DNA of 64,000 nucleotides from Fimbriosthenelais zetlandica (Eukaryota), in NCBI GenBank assembly GCA_977030845.1, contig OZ365115.1, positions 31,124,001-31,188,000 of the forward strand, in the 5' to 3' direction. Each line of letters opens with the position of its first letter. The first letter of the stretch is position 1. Below the pieces are notes generated by a model. That model did no database searches. It was not told where the DNA came from and worked only from the letters and a program-made list of their open reading frames with translations. Shown here piece by piece: positions 51,501 to 64,000 of this stretch. The translations under genes and the position numbers were made by a program.

Positions 51501-54500
51501 CTCCTTATCAATTTATCTATAGACAATCTAACCACTTCAGAATTTCAGAGTACACAATAGATGGTAATCCTTTATATGTATGGCTTACACCTACCGTGCA
51601 TATTGAAGGTAGCCATAGGGATATATACACTGGACCGCTCTTGTATAAATAAATCCCCTTTATATCTTTCTCATTGTTAGCTTGTATTATTGTGAGGCTC
51701 CAGAATTGTCCATTGTGGAGAGCAGCGGGAGGGGAGAAGTGCTCGATCTAAAGCTGGCTCGGCAGTGAATTGCACACCAAGTTAAGCTATTTATCTTCTG
51801 TTTTTGCGCGAAGCTAAAAATGCCATTTGTACCTCCTTGATCCTCGGAGTTAAAGGCGCACTCAATATAACAAAGACCACAAACTGTAAAGATTTAAAAT
51901 CATGAGGAGTCCATTTAGCACACCTGGGTGTCGGTGGATTAAAGACTGATGTTCTATCGTTGGCTTTAAATCCACAATGAAATTATTTAACAGGTAGCCA
52001 AACCCATGTCAAAAACCAAAGAGACAAATCCCGAAAGGATGCCCCTTTAAGTGTGTCCCGTTCTTATGACCATACCCTTGGCCTTTACTTATAAACTGAG
52101 ACAGGCGGTAAATAAAGCAATCTTTGTTTTTTTTATTCAGCCCAGCCAGCCGGAATGACTGCCACTGTACGTGAGAGGAAACTAAGTCCCTACCTTGACC
52201 TGGGACTAGGACATGGCATGGTGAAAGGTCTACTACTAGCAAAACACACCAGACCTCAGGGGTTAATAACTACTTATTGCTGGGAGAAAAATATGAGCTC
52301 GCCTCCTGTTGGATCTTAGACACAAAGGGAGAGTCATTTGTAGAATTTGGATACTATCAGTAGGGGAGTTTGGGAACAGTAGATCTTTATGTAGGCAGAG
52401 TATACTATCACTAAGTGTCAATACCATTATCCTTACAAACAAGACTCTGATAGAAAGGGAAGGTCCGTTTTTTTATGAAGGAGTGTCCTTTCCAAATCTG
52501 ATGTCAAATTTTAAATTTAAATTTAAATTTAAACCGTGTGTTATGTATTATTGCGTAGGCGATTGCGTAAATGCTTGATGTTCAATCAGCAATTTTCCAG
52601 CTGCACATTAAATATTAGTCACATTTTGCAATTGAATAGAGACTGTGTTGTTGGTTTTAAGATAGTTGATGGTGTAGTTTACTTCCTTAGAGTTAATCTT
52701 TCGAGTTTTAATGAAAATGCATCAGGTGGGAATCAATTATAGTCAAGTGGATGTCCTCGAGGACCCGAGGCATTAGGCCCTCTAACATGGAGCGAGTGAA
52801 ACCCACTGGAGCTACATTAAAAACTACATCTTAGAGTGGCCATTCCAGACACCTGCTTGATCCCTGATCCATCTTAATCTGCCCGCTTAATGCTGCCCGT
52901 GGTAATCCTGATTAAATGGCACGTGATATATGAGCCATCAGGGGTATATAGATTAAGGAAGAGTTGGGGTTTCATTAGGTTATTAAAGTGTTAAAAAGTG
53001 GTATATAGAAAGGCGCGCATATCCAGGCTAATGTTTCTCGGTTGTAATAAAAGGTTTAGATATGGGGGATGCAGAATTGAAATATCAATCCTTCAGACTG
53101 CTGTTGCTAATTGATTTCAATACGAAGTTATACTTCACAGATAGAACATTTCTGTTGCTGCAGGCTTCCTTAATCCACTTTCTGCACAGAAATGATAAGA
53201 CATGGTTCTGCCAACATCAAATAAATTGCAGAGACATTCATAGTTACAGTAAAAATATTGTTTCATCGTTCTGAAATGATTTCTGCTAAGTAATGTGGAC
53301 GGGACCTTAAAGAATCAGGAGAGCAGATGCCAATATACTCTACCTCTCAACCATATAACAACGGCATTTCATCTACCATATTACTCATCCCAAGGCATTT
53401 GAAAGTAGGACTTCTCAATTGCAATGCTTTTCTTCATTTGGTAAATCCAATAAATTTAAGTAGATTAAATAATAGTAATTAACTTGGATCGATGCGTGAG
53501 AAGAGGATTCATACAGGATTGACTCCCTTTTACTGGTAGCCAGTATTGATCTGGAAGGGGCTGGGCCTATAGGGAGTGGGGAGGGAAAAGCGGGGAGTTC
53601 TGGACTCCCCTGTTCAGACTGTGTGACTCGGACGATAATAGCAGTAACTGAGGCAATAATGCCATGCCTCAACGACTCGAGGCTATTCATTTATTCAATG
53701 TGGATCAGACGGATCGTGGGGAACAGTTTAAAATATTTGCTTCCCCGAAAGAAAAACACTTTGTTCGTCGGAAGAAAAAATCCAGTTCAGGGAGAGCGTG
53801 TGATAATGGTGGCATTGAGGGTTGAGCATGTATAACGGTGAAAGTATTGTGAAGGGGAAATGTCATAATTATAGAGCACTATTAAATACAAGGAATAATG
53901 TAGATGGCAATGCTTATATCTTATATGTGTTGTGTCAAAGGGTTTGCCTGAAGCAAAAGCATGGCTTCAATTTATCCTAAATGTCAATCTTCTTTCATAA
54001 AATGACAGTAGTCTCTGATGACTTGACGTCAGATTCAGATAAAAATGATCTCACTTCATGTTCCTGTGCAGATACATGTATTTTGGGCGCTGTCAGATAT
54101 TGATCATATAGGTTTAAGGTTAAATGATATCAGATCGTGCCATGTTAAAGAGTTCAGTAAATGACATGTCTTATCATGAGATCAAAGCATGCTGTCACTA
54201 CTTCACCCAGACTTCTACACCCATCAGATGAACTCTTCAAGATAAGCCAAGTCTCGTGAAGAGAAAAATGTTCAAAATGTGCAAAACAAAACCTGACGAT
54301 GTCACAAGAAAATGATGAAAAGTGTACTTCATTCTTGTCTAAGGAAATGTATAAGGTGGATGACCTTTGGAGTCGAATTAAGTGTTAAATTCTGCTCCAG
54401 GTAATTTCTACAACGATATCCCGTCTAGAAATGACCGTTCCATTACACTCCATCTAGATTTAAGCCTACGATTTATCAAAACCATCTTAATCAGAAAAAT

Positions 54501-57500
54501 AGAGAAGCAAATAATTAGTTCAGGTCTCACCTCTAATGACGCTTGCCATTCTTCTCTAGACTAGGAATCCCAACACTTTTACCCAGGATGGATGCATCTA
54601 ACAAAGCCAATTCATCAGTTAATCCAGACCTGCAGCTTAAATCCCTCTAAATTAAGGTAATCCACAATCAAGACAATCAACATCCACCACAACCAGCACC
54701 GAGCAAGAAAATAGTTCCAGACAGAGGAAATAGTCCCAGGTTTTAGGCGATATATCATGAGAAGATTCGGATGGGTAATGACATGTATTCTCCGAGTGTA
54801 TAATATTATAATAGCACATACGTGTATATAGTTTGTATGGTTAGACTGTTTCTATAAAGTACAATAGTGCCCATACATGACTATATATATATGTGAGTGT
54901 GAGTGGGAACTTGTTGACTGGAGTGATCTATAAAATCGTGCTCTGACTTACAGGTTAGAAGTAGGAGGAGCAGTCATTTTTCAAGTCGGGGATTTTTTCC
55001 TGCCAATACAATTTCTTAAATAGTATGTATACATACACCGATATGTAAATTTGCCCACGTTTTCTAGTCTAATAAAACAAATGGAATGTAAAATGTCAGT
55101 AGAAAACTATTAGGTCATCAATCAATTTTTCACATGTGAGCAGCTTCATTATTTTGAACCCCACGACTGATCATGATTCAAACAATGCTTGAGCGAGCAA
55201 CCTCAAAGAGCCGGTGGCAAGTAATATTAAAAAAGTTTCTTTCCACCCTGGATCCAAACAATGCTTGTCCCTATTCACTGCTTGTCTGTACTGGCAGTCT
55301 TGAGTTGGGAATGGGAATGGAACCACCAAATATACTCTGTGCTACTTCATGTTCAAACAATAACTCCAAAGGCTTAGTACGGAAAGGTAGTGATGTGAAA
55401 CATTGAACAAGAGTTGTCATAGAGTATACCACCATACTCTATTCCCTTAGGTGCAAGCGCGGTAACAACCTCTCACCTACTCGAGCACCTTACGAGGTGC
55501 TTCCATAGGTTTAATGATATATGAGCACAATTCAATAACCATCTAATAAACATATAACTCATACTACAAGATTCCAGAGATAAACCTGATATTGGTATAG
55601 GTCAAGAATCATGCCAGACCAATATCAGCTTTATATTTGATCTCAAATTTGATTTATATAGGTTCTGCACACCTTTAATTATAGATCAGAATTTAATTTA
55701 AATCTTAGATGATAAAAGGAGGTGCAAATATATTCATTTACAGAAATTATCTTCAATAATTCCTTAGTGGTGGAAATCATAATTCTGAGATTATGGCGGT
55801 GATTATTATATCATTATTGATTTGTTATCAACAATGGATCGATGTTCACAGATCTAGGGCAGAACCACATTCCACCCATTTCAAATCAATTAGTTTCCCT
55901 TGTTTTCACAAACAACCATTCGGCCTGAGGATGTCAAGGGATGAATGAGTTGAAAAGAACTACTTTTTAAGGAAGTCATTTCCTGAATGGTGACTTTCTA
56001 TTACAAATTCCAGTAGATTTTATCTTGCCCAAACACACCCTCAAAGAGTGTTCGGATCAAGTATTTTCCAGCTAAATTATAAAACAGTGATTCTCTGAAA
56101 TGGCCTCGATGGACTAAAATCAGATGTTAGACCAATATGGGAAGGGAATAATGTAAACTCTGTCATTGAAAATTAGTATTCTGATCAGAGAATGAGTACA
56201 GAAAGGTAACAGGTGGTGGGGAGCTATCTAATTCTCATTCATCACGATTGGTGTCAGAAATCAATGACAAAGATCAATCACAAACAATGCTTAATCCCAT
56301 CATGCATCCTCCATCTCGTTCACTTCAAATGAGGGAATAGCCTACATTTTATAATCAAAGGATGGTCTGTTGAAAATGCTGGCTTTCTTCTGAAGAAAGT
56401 GTGATGAGTACAGAAGCAAATTGTCAATAGTTTTCAGGGAGAGTTATAAAGGACGAGAGAAAGGACGGAATGGGGGAGAGAGGGCAGACGGACGGAGAGA
56501 AGGAGAAACAATATGAATAGAATGGTAAAGTTTAAGCCTTACCTTCTAATGAATTGTCAATAGTCTCCATGACTGAACCTTTAATGTCCTTCCTTAAAAT
56601 GAGGTTTAAAATCTGTCACCTTCAGTGTGAGGACACTTTTATCTATGTCAAATCCCGATGATGGTATCGACAGTTATTGATTAGACAATGGGACAAGTGA
56701 TAAGCTATCGAATCAATATATATGATAGGTTATATATATATCAGATACTAATTAATGTTCTATATACCTGGTACCATTCAACATATTCATCGTAACCAAC
56801 ATTGGGATGATGAAAAATTTCAATTCGTGAAAATTGTTCTTTAAATTTTCAAACATCTTTATGATCTTTTAAAGAATTTAATGGCAGTGATTAAGGCCAA
56901 GTCTATGGACTTATCAAGTCTTAGCAAATAGAGATAAGTGGCATCCTTTGCCCTTTGGTCGTCTATTTCGCTGCCATTGAACGTTTGATGTTTAACTCCA
57001 ATAGCCCCTGAGATTTATCAAGGTAGAGGAGTGACGAGTTGAGTGTTTGACTTGAGCTAACATGTTAAAACACGAGGTGGATGTGGTATGTACTTTTCAA
57101 CAAGAAAAGGCATTCCTGACATTTACTCATTCCTAGTGTTGACCTCTTGTTTAGATTTCAATCAGCCTACCGGGAGTTGGTAGGAAATACCATTAAGTGC
57201 CTACATGTCTCTTAGTCATCACAAATGAAATGTTTCACGCCTGAATTTTACACGCACTTGTGAATGGATTGGAACCGGAAGTGGCGAGCCATCTTTGGGA
57301 AGACCTTGACCTGGCTGTGCCATTAGAAGTGAGAAGCTACCTGATAAGACAAAATGGGCAAGCAAGCCGGTTGTTAATTGATCAAGGTGTTCTCCGGTAG
57401 CAGGTCTTTGTAAGAGGAGCTCGGCATTTCACGGCTGGGTGGGTCGTGTCTGTGGTAGGGGTAGATATCATTGTCTGTCTGAGGGGTAAACCGATCAATG

Positions 57501-58383
57501 TCTTCAGGAAGCTTTGGCATTTGTCTCAGCCTATACATGTATAACCCCCATCAGGCTTTGGTTTCTCATCAAGTCATTGTTTCCAGGCCAATGACTCATT
57601 AAAATTAATCAATACATGTAAAGGGAGACCTGGGAGAGATGCTATATTCCAGGCTATATTTGTGAGACATAATGGATTGGCAATTCAGGCTATTTCTGTA
57701 AGAGCACTGCATACTCTCCTGTAATGCATGGTAAGAGCAATTAGCAGTAATAGAACGGGGGCAGGGAGGGCTTTCTAGACGTAGTAAAGCTAATGAGAAG
57801 CGACATCTGTACGGTTAATTGAGGTAATGTAGGAATGTCCAGCCACATTCCACCCACGTACACTAGATCTATAGGCCTTATAGGATAAATCCATTCACTA
57901 ATTTAGGTCCTTTGGTACAATGCCAGGCAGGAATGGCACCAAGAGGCAATTGTTCTATAGGAATTCAATCCTCATGTATACAGACGAAGTATTGGAATGT
58001 ATTGAATCATGGATATCCACGAAAATGCATCGAATTACCCAATGCTCATAACATAATTGAAAATTCATACATTGATGCATTGCACTTAATTCTGTTCAAT
58101 AGGCAACTGTCTTAGTAAATTAGACCAGCCCATTCAGGGTTCTAGCTAAACCTCAAAATGTAGGAGCCATTTAGAAATGTGGCCAATTGGGGCTCTCTAT
58201 GAGCAAAATGGAAAAGAAAGAAGCCAGGGGGCGGGGGTAATTTTATAATACATGTATAACAATCACATCACGTTAGGTGTTTGGAACTGCGTATGTCCTA
58301 GCTTTTGACCCCCTGTGAAGCTTTCTACCAACTGGTGTGCTTGTGAAATACAATGCATGTTCACCTGAATGGTTGGCCTGTTG

Positions 58384-58634
58384 CTTCCAACTAAACTACC
58401 CCCCCCCCCCCCCCAACCCAGCAATCACCCCACCCCCTCGCCAATACACACACCGTCCTGTGCCTCGAACCACTCACCACGATCAGTAACACCCCAAACT
58501 ACTTGCAATTAAACTACCCCCACCTCCAATGGACATAACCGATCCTCTGCTGCATGTGTGAAAGCTATTGGGCCGACCTGTGCCTCGAAGCCACACCAGA
58601 TAATCCCACCCCAAACTACTTCCAACTAAACTGG
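58384..58634 (+). repeat. Degenerate ~117-118-bp tandem repeat, about 2.1 copies, including a poly-C tract
   Basis: CTTSCAAYTAAACT recurs at 58384, 58502 and 58619; CTGTGCCTCGAA...CACCCCAAACTA occurs twice. Confidence 0.8.
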
Positions 58635-59047
58635 TGGCTCTTGTCAGAGAATTTCTCTGTTTATGACAATTATGGAGTGGCCTCTCAATAAGTAGCCAAT
58701 CGTGTAGTCAACTGCAAGTCCATAGTGACCAAATAATTACAGAATAACCAACTAAAGATTAGTGGTTCTATTAGGGCGTTGATGTTTACAATTTGGAGAA
58801 CCATTTCTTTCAGAACACTAAGATCTTCAAGACGAATGGACGATCATCGCTATAAGGTCACGGGAATCTTTAGCAAAAGGAAGGCTAACCAGAAGTGTTC
58901 AATGATGCTGCCACCTAACGTCTTCCATGGCAACAAGTCAGTTTGAGTTGAATTATAAACAGCAACTAAGGTATAAGGATTTTAGCAAATTCATATGAGA
59001 ATGTCTAGGAAATTTTGGTTGCTATTATGTTTAAATTATTGACTCAC

Positions 59048-59114
59048 CATGCATTTTCTTTTTCTGCAATAACTTCTGGGTCAATCGAGGGAAACAGGAC
59101 ATCAATATCCCCAT
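59048..59114 (-). CDS. Alternative first coding exon, MGILMSCFPRLTQKLLQKKKMH, for a LIM-less and probably lipid-anchored isoform
   Basis: ATG in ATAATGG context with an in-frame stop upstream. 22 codons plus 1 nt, then strong donor ATG|GTGAGT. Phase 1 matches all downstream acceptors. The sequence has G2/S6/C7 plus a basic cluster. Confidence 0.7.
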
Positions 59115-60750
59115 TATGATAACTTCATTATCCCAAATCCGGAATTCAAAATACTTGATCCATTGGAATCACCATGGATGCCTCAGGCCCAAATCGTAAG
59201 CATAAAATGATCCAAAACTTGGAAACAATAACAGAAGTGTTTTACTGGGAAGGTATATCCAGAAAGTGCGACTTAGACAATCACTTCTTCCATGTGAGAA
59301 AAATGGGTTTTAAAAGCACACAGGTAAGAAGATAGCATGTGCCTTCTTTCCTACCATCCAGTAAGAGCTACAGGTGTAGGTAATGTGTCCAGGTGGACCT
59401 GATACATCAATCAACGTGTGGAAAAAACATCTGTAGCAGAGTACGTAATTGTTATATTATATTTCCTTAATACGTAGCAGTTCAACTGTTGCTTGGTCCA
59501 ATATGGAATACTGCATCAATAGCAGGGTATGCCTCCGCGACTCCCTGAAAACTAATGGGTATGGGAAAGCCAGGATTGGAACCAAATTGATTCTGATGAT
59601 ATATGAGAGGCTGTAGTGTCCACTGATCCCATCACCAATGGGATAATATTCTATAAAATCTCTCAAACCCCTTTCACAATATGAATTGCTTTTTTAACCA
59701 CACAAATCAGCTATTGTGCTTACACTTAAATGATTGAAAACAAAAAGATAAAACCATTATTTTTCATTTGTTGCATAATACTATCATGAGATTTTGCCAA
59801 TTATTACAGGTGAATGGGGTTTTATATGCAGTTATTTAACACCAGTTCACAACAAGAGAATGAATACTGGCTCCTGTCATGAGACCTGTCCCGGACCCCT
59901 CACTGACCATGGCACAGGATGAGGAACCAATGTGTTCATTGAAAATCATTCATGCTCATCCAAGTTAAACTGTGAGCAGTAGCATGTGCCTGTGTGAACA
60001 ATAGCTATAAAATGACTAGCCATTATAATTGGTGTTGTATACTAGTTCACAACTTCCAGCAGAATCCATGTTTACTAGAAATGATAGTCAATAATGTGTT
60101 GAATTGTTGGAACAGTTCACAACGCAAATCCTTGGAATGCCAAGTATCAGCTTCAAGTGGAAATCTTCAGATTAATCACAGTAGATTTCTCATCCTCTAT
60201 CCTCAGCACAACTGACACAAGTGCATTCAGAATGTAAACAATTGAAAGTGGATCTTCCACAATTGAAATTCCTTTCCGAATCAATGTATCATGGCCTAGT
60301 GTAAGGCCATGCCATCCACAATGACTGGTACTGTTCAAAGTGACAAGTATCCAGACATAATAAGGTCCTCATCCTAGACTAGGCCCATCTACTTACACCA
60401 ACCATCATCTTACCTTATTACCTATTACTGATTGAGAATGACTGATGTGAAAATCTGTTCCCAAGAAGGAAAAAATGAAAAAACCTAACAAGTCTAATGA
60501 CTGGGACAGGCTTGGTTCTTGAAAACTACACCAGGCTGTTAGAGAAACAAAAGCCTGGAGAAAAATAACATGGAATAAGTCAAAACTAAATACATAGCAC
60601 GCAGCAAGGAGAACTGAAATCCAGAACATAATTGTAGTGGAACCTTCTCATGGAGCAGTTTTTCCGGGCGATAAGTTGGAATGAAAAGATCTGGGTCTGA
60701 CACATGTATCACTTAAATGTGTAAAAATCCCAAAAGGTGGAGCCACGTAC

Positions 60751-60825
60751 CTGCTCTCTCTACTGGTACTTCCTTCTGCCACTGACGGCTGTGCTTCTCC
60801 TTGCCGAATCCCTCATCATAGTTTC
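60751..60825 (-). CDS. LIMA1-like: Post-LIM exon (G-NYDEGFGKEKHSRQWQKEVPVERA)
   Basis: Acceptor gacttcccatAG, donor CAG|GTACGT, 75 nt, phase 1 to 1. Produces KGNYDEGFG...H...W, the conserved extension after the LIM domain in LIMA1/LIMD2/XIRP2. Confidence 0.95.
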
Positions 60826-61100
60826 CTATGGGAAGTCAAATATAACATTAAGTAATTGCTATGATAATCAAATGTACACAAGTACATACTAAGGTATATT
60901 GATATGGAGGGTAAAATATACAAAAGTAATCATGAGATTATATTTGGAAGATAAAGAGCAACAAATTTCAGAATGATTTTATGATAGAAATCTGACAAGT
61001 CACAACTCTGACAGCCTTACACTCTTTGTGTCACAGAGTGATCTCATTAGTAAAGTCCCCAAAAAGTATACTCAGTGGAGTTAGATGGGTTAGAACTCAC

Positions 61101-61174
61101 CTTTGGTCTTGAATATCTCGATGAAGTGAGGCTTGCAGTAGACTTTGCCTTCCATGGAGGCGAAGTTACCAAGA
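61101..61174 (-). CDS. LIMA1-like: LIM-domain exon B ([26 protein letters not shown])
   Basis: Acceptor catcattgcAG, donor AAG|GTGAGT, 74 nt, phase 2 to 1, in frame with exon A. Completes the LIM domain (x17-C-x2-H); YCKPH is typical of EPLIN/LIMD2-type LIM domains. Confidence 0.95.
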
Positions 61175-62364
61175 CTGCAATGATGGAACATAACTTGTCA
61201 ACAAGACTTTCCAACAATCACACCAGGAGAATAATTAGAACCTCCATCATTAGTCCTATATAGACCTATGGTCTATTTAACTACCCACAGCTAGGGACTT
61301 TTTCCTGAGATTTTTTTGGGTCATAACATATGGTAGGATAACATTTGTTCCAAGTGAGATCTAGGTCCACAACCTTTAGATGGTTTCGTTTCTTTAATCC
61401 AAAGAGATCCAAAGAGATTCAATATACAGTCATAGTAATCTAATGAATATTCATCAATAATCCTTTATAATAAGAAGATTCCCTTGAGAAAACTCCAAGG
61501 AGGATAAATTCATTGTTGCTTCTCCCTAGACCTATATTTAAATCCACTATAGGCAGGTGAACTTTTTTCCTTGGAAACGCTGAATGAATCATTTTAGAAT
61601 AGAATATCTCTTCCCATTGGTCATCTCGACCTATACATAGGTGGTCAGCTAGGATGACCGGAGTGGACATAAAGGATTGAATGACCTCTGCGCTTGAACA
61701 GCTGGCCATAGCCACCTAGTGGGAATCTGGATCACCAAAACCAGAATGTCCCTTACTAAGTGTGAAAATCCTTGTTGCTACGGTGACAGGTGGAGGGGGA
61801 GGGGGGTGTGGATGTATCATTAATTGGCTCAGTATATACTGATTATATGTTTAATCTAGCCGTGATATTGACGGGCATCCATCATGTAAATACATGGCCT
61901 TTGGCTCACACCGCCGCACTGTCACTGTCGTGTGACAGCTGTCAGTGACTGACGCACATCGACATGTCAACTGTTCTGATTTGTGACCATTCCCTTTGCA
62001 ATAAACAGATAAACTGTCTAAGTTAATGTGAATAATATATAATACCTCAGGTAGTGGTTATTATATAATTATGCCATTACGAACCTACCTTAGTGTGGCC
62101 ATGGGGTATTTTTGTATTACTTTTGTATACAACTTATTTCATGTGTACTTCATGGACTAAACATGGGCTAAGGGGGCTAGATTAAGAAATCACCCCAAAC
62201 TTCCTTTCTAACTTCCATAATTATCTATCAAGGGGATCGGGATTGATACTATGATAGAATGTGATGAAAAGGGGTTCCCAATTGCATATATCGGTGTTGT
62301 GGTATAAATTTCAGTAAATGATCATACGAAAACCGAAACTGAAAGAAAAGTAAGAGAATGGTAC

Positions 62365-62489
62365 CTCAGGATCCGCTTGCAATGGGTACACTTGAAACAC
62401 ATCTTGTGATAGATGTTTTTGTCGGCGATCATTTTTTCCATCTCGTAGACACGCTTGTCACAGAGGGCACAACGGTTATCCCCAGCTCC
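62365..62489 (-). CDS. LIMA1-like: LIM-domain exon A (GAGDNRCALCDKRVYEMEKMIADKNIYHKMCFKCTHCKRIL-S) of a LIMA1/EPLIN/LIMD2/XIRP-family gene; the upstream exon lies outside the window
   Basis: Hand translation. Acceptor gttgttttcAG, donor GAG|GTACCA, 125 nt, phase 0 to 2. Contains C-x2-C-x17-H-x2-C-x2-C-x2-C, the first part of a LIM double zinc finger. Not in the ORF track. Confidence 0.95.
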
Positions 62490-64000
62490 CTGAAAACAAC
62501 AGTCGAAACATCGTTATGAACTACATAGAAATTAAAATAATAGTTACATAGTTTGTAGTCAAGGCTAGAGGCATGATTATCTCGCTGAAAAATTATAAAG
62601 TATTGTAAAGTTATGTTGAGATTTAAAGGTAAAACATTTATGATTCTCACAGATTAAAATCAGGTAAATCATTTTTATTATTAAAAATTCTGTAATAAAA
62701 ATAAAAAGGTACTATCTCTCTAGAATAGAAAGAACTGAAAATATGTTTATACTTATGTTATTTTTGGTAGAATTGGAAAATAGTCTGTCAAAGAATTTTA
62801 TCAATTTGTATGAATTTATATCATATAAATCATGTACAGGATTTAAGGCTTTATGATCTATTTCATCTTGAAATTTAAATCATTACTACACGAGAGAGGT
62901 ATATTATAATTCCATACAAAAAGCAATTATTTACAAAATGAAATGGCCTGATTAAACCATTCAAAAAGATTTCCGAATGTTTGTATATATTAATTCAGCC
63001 TTGTTTTTTTTGCTTGCATTCAAAATAATAAACATGCAACAGTTCTGTTTTGAGACATTGACCCATGCTTTCCCTGAAGCTTTTTGCGTCGAGACTGAAG
63101 AGCCCCAAAGATCATCCCATAGCAATATTATATATGACAACTTTACAAATACCATAGTACAACTGGTAAATTACTATTACACATTTTAGCAATACCATGG
63201 TACACATTTCTTGAGTAACTAATAGTCTTTCCTATACCCATTAATATTAAGATCTAACCTATCAAATTCTAACCCTATATAGCTAACCCAAGATAATGCA
63301 CTACTTTTCCTCCAGAAATTATCACTAGATTCACTACACAATATTTTTACAAGCTTAATTCAATATCACTGCTCTATAACACATTTTACTTCTCAGAAAC
63401 CGATCTAAAGTGCATTAAGTTTGAGGCTAAATGCTTATTCCGTCATAAAGGTTTTGTATCTAGAGAAGGAATTGTTAGTGTTAGTACAGAGGCCTGCCCG
63501 TATCGTGCCTTAATTGTATATTGTTAGATGAACCATGTTCATTTCAATGCTTAATGATCAAGTTTCAATTCCACTCTGGTGTCCACCATTCCCAGTTCCT
63601 GAGTGATAAACATATTCAATTCTCAAAAGTCAATTATTGATTCCTAAAAAAACTTTCAATTTACAGAATTCAAATATCTGACGTTTTGTCAGAACTACTC
63701 GCATTTATTTCAGAATTTAAAATGGAATTTGGAATGAATTAACTAAAATAATTTTGATAAAGCAATTGATATAGCTGTGACAATTGAACATGTCATCATA
63801 TCAGAAATGGGTGAAGCCAATGGTGAACGACCAATGTGCAATACTGTGAAGGGAAATATCCCAGATTGAGCAGCAGCGTGTAGGAGTCACAACCTGTGAA
63901 GGCCCATAGATTAGTACAAACTGCATGATTTATATATATACAATATGACAACAGAAAGCTGGTGTCTAGTTATGTGTCAATCTGGCAGCTTGAGAAAGCC

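Noticed and set aside
61440-61715. Minus ORF with FILLGVFS, reminiscent of LINE endonuclease ILLGDFN
   Set aside because: The catalytic D/N residues are absent and no RT motifs are nearby; it lies in the LIM intron.
1-64000. Remaining 60-145-aa ORFs in the track; CRISPR arrays, operons, rRNA/tRNA
   Set aside because: The short ORFs lack homology signals and splice support. No regularly spaced repeat-spacer array or structural RNA was seen.

Overview
AT-rich eukaryotic (most likely invertebrate animal) genomic DNA. I found no prokaryotic genes, RNA genes, CRISPR arrays or intact transposon ORFs. The whole 64 kb appears to lie within one large minus-strand gene of the LIMA1/EPLIN-LIMD2-XIRP family, whose 5' end is beyond position 64000. 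Three short exons missed by the ORF track (62489-62365, 61174-61101, 60825-60751) splice into a complete LIM domain followed by the family motif KGNYDEGFG. The 3' exons (6859-6742, 6313-5461, 1930-1265) encode six copies of a ~32-aa repeat (VVRE.D..EE.LP...TRNLLAKF..M). Between these blocks lie phase-1-compatible alternative exons: a short first exon starting MGILMSCF (myristoylation/palmitoylation signature), a 2.57-kb acidic disordered exon with a LIR-like motif and five clathrin-box/SIM-like motifs, a 60-nt symmetric exon, and a 663-nt symmetric exon with an Arf-like amphipathic start and an LC8-type motif. The long intron contains a near-consensus recursive splice site (branch point, pyrimidine tract, CAG|GTAAGT at 36157/36156) with a 49-nt cryptic poison exon. 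Perfect RFX X-boxes and other motif clusters mark candidate internal promoters. Linking the LIM block to the repeat block as one gene is inferred from strand, splice phase and family resemblance and needs transcript evidence.
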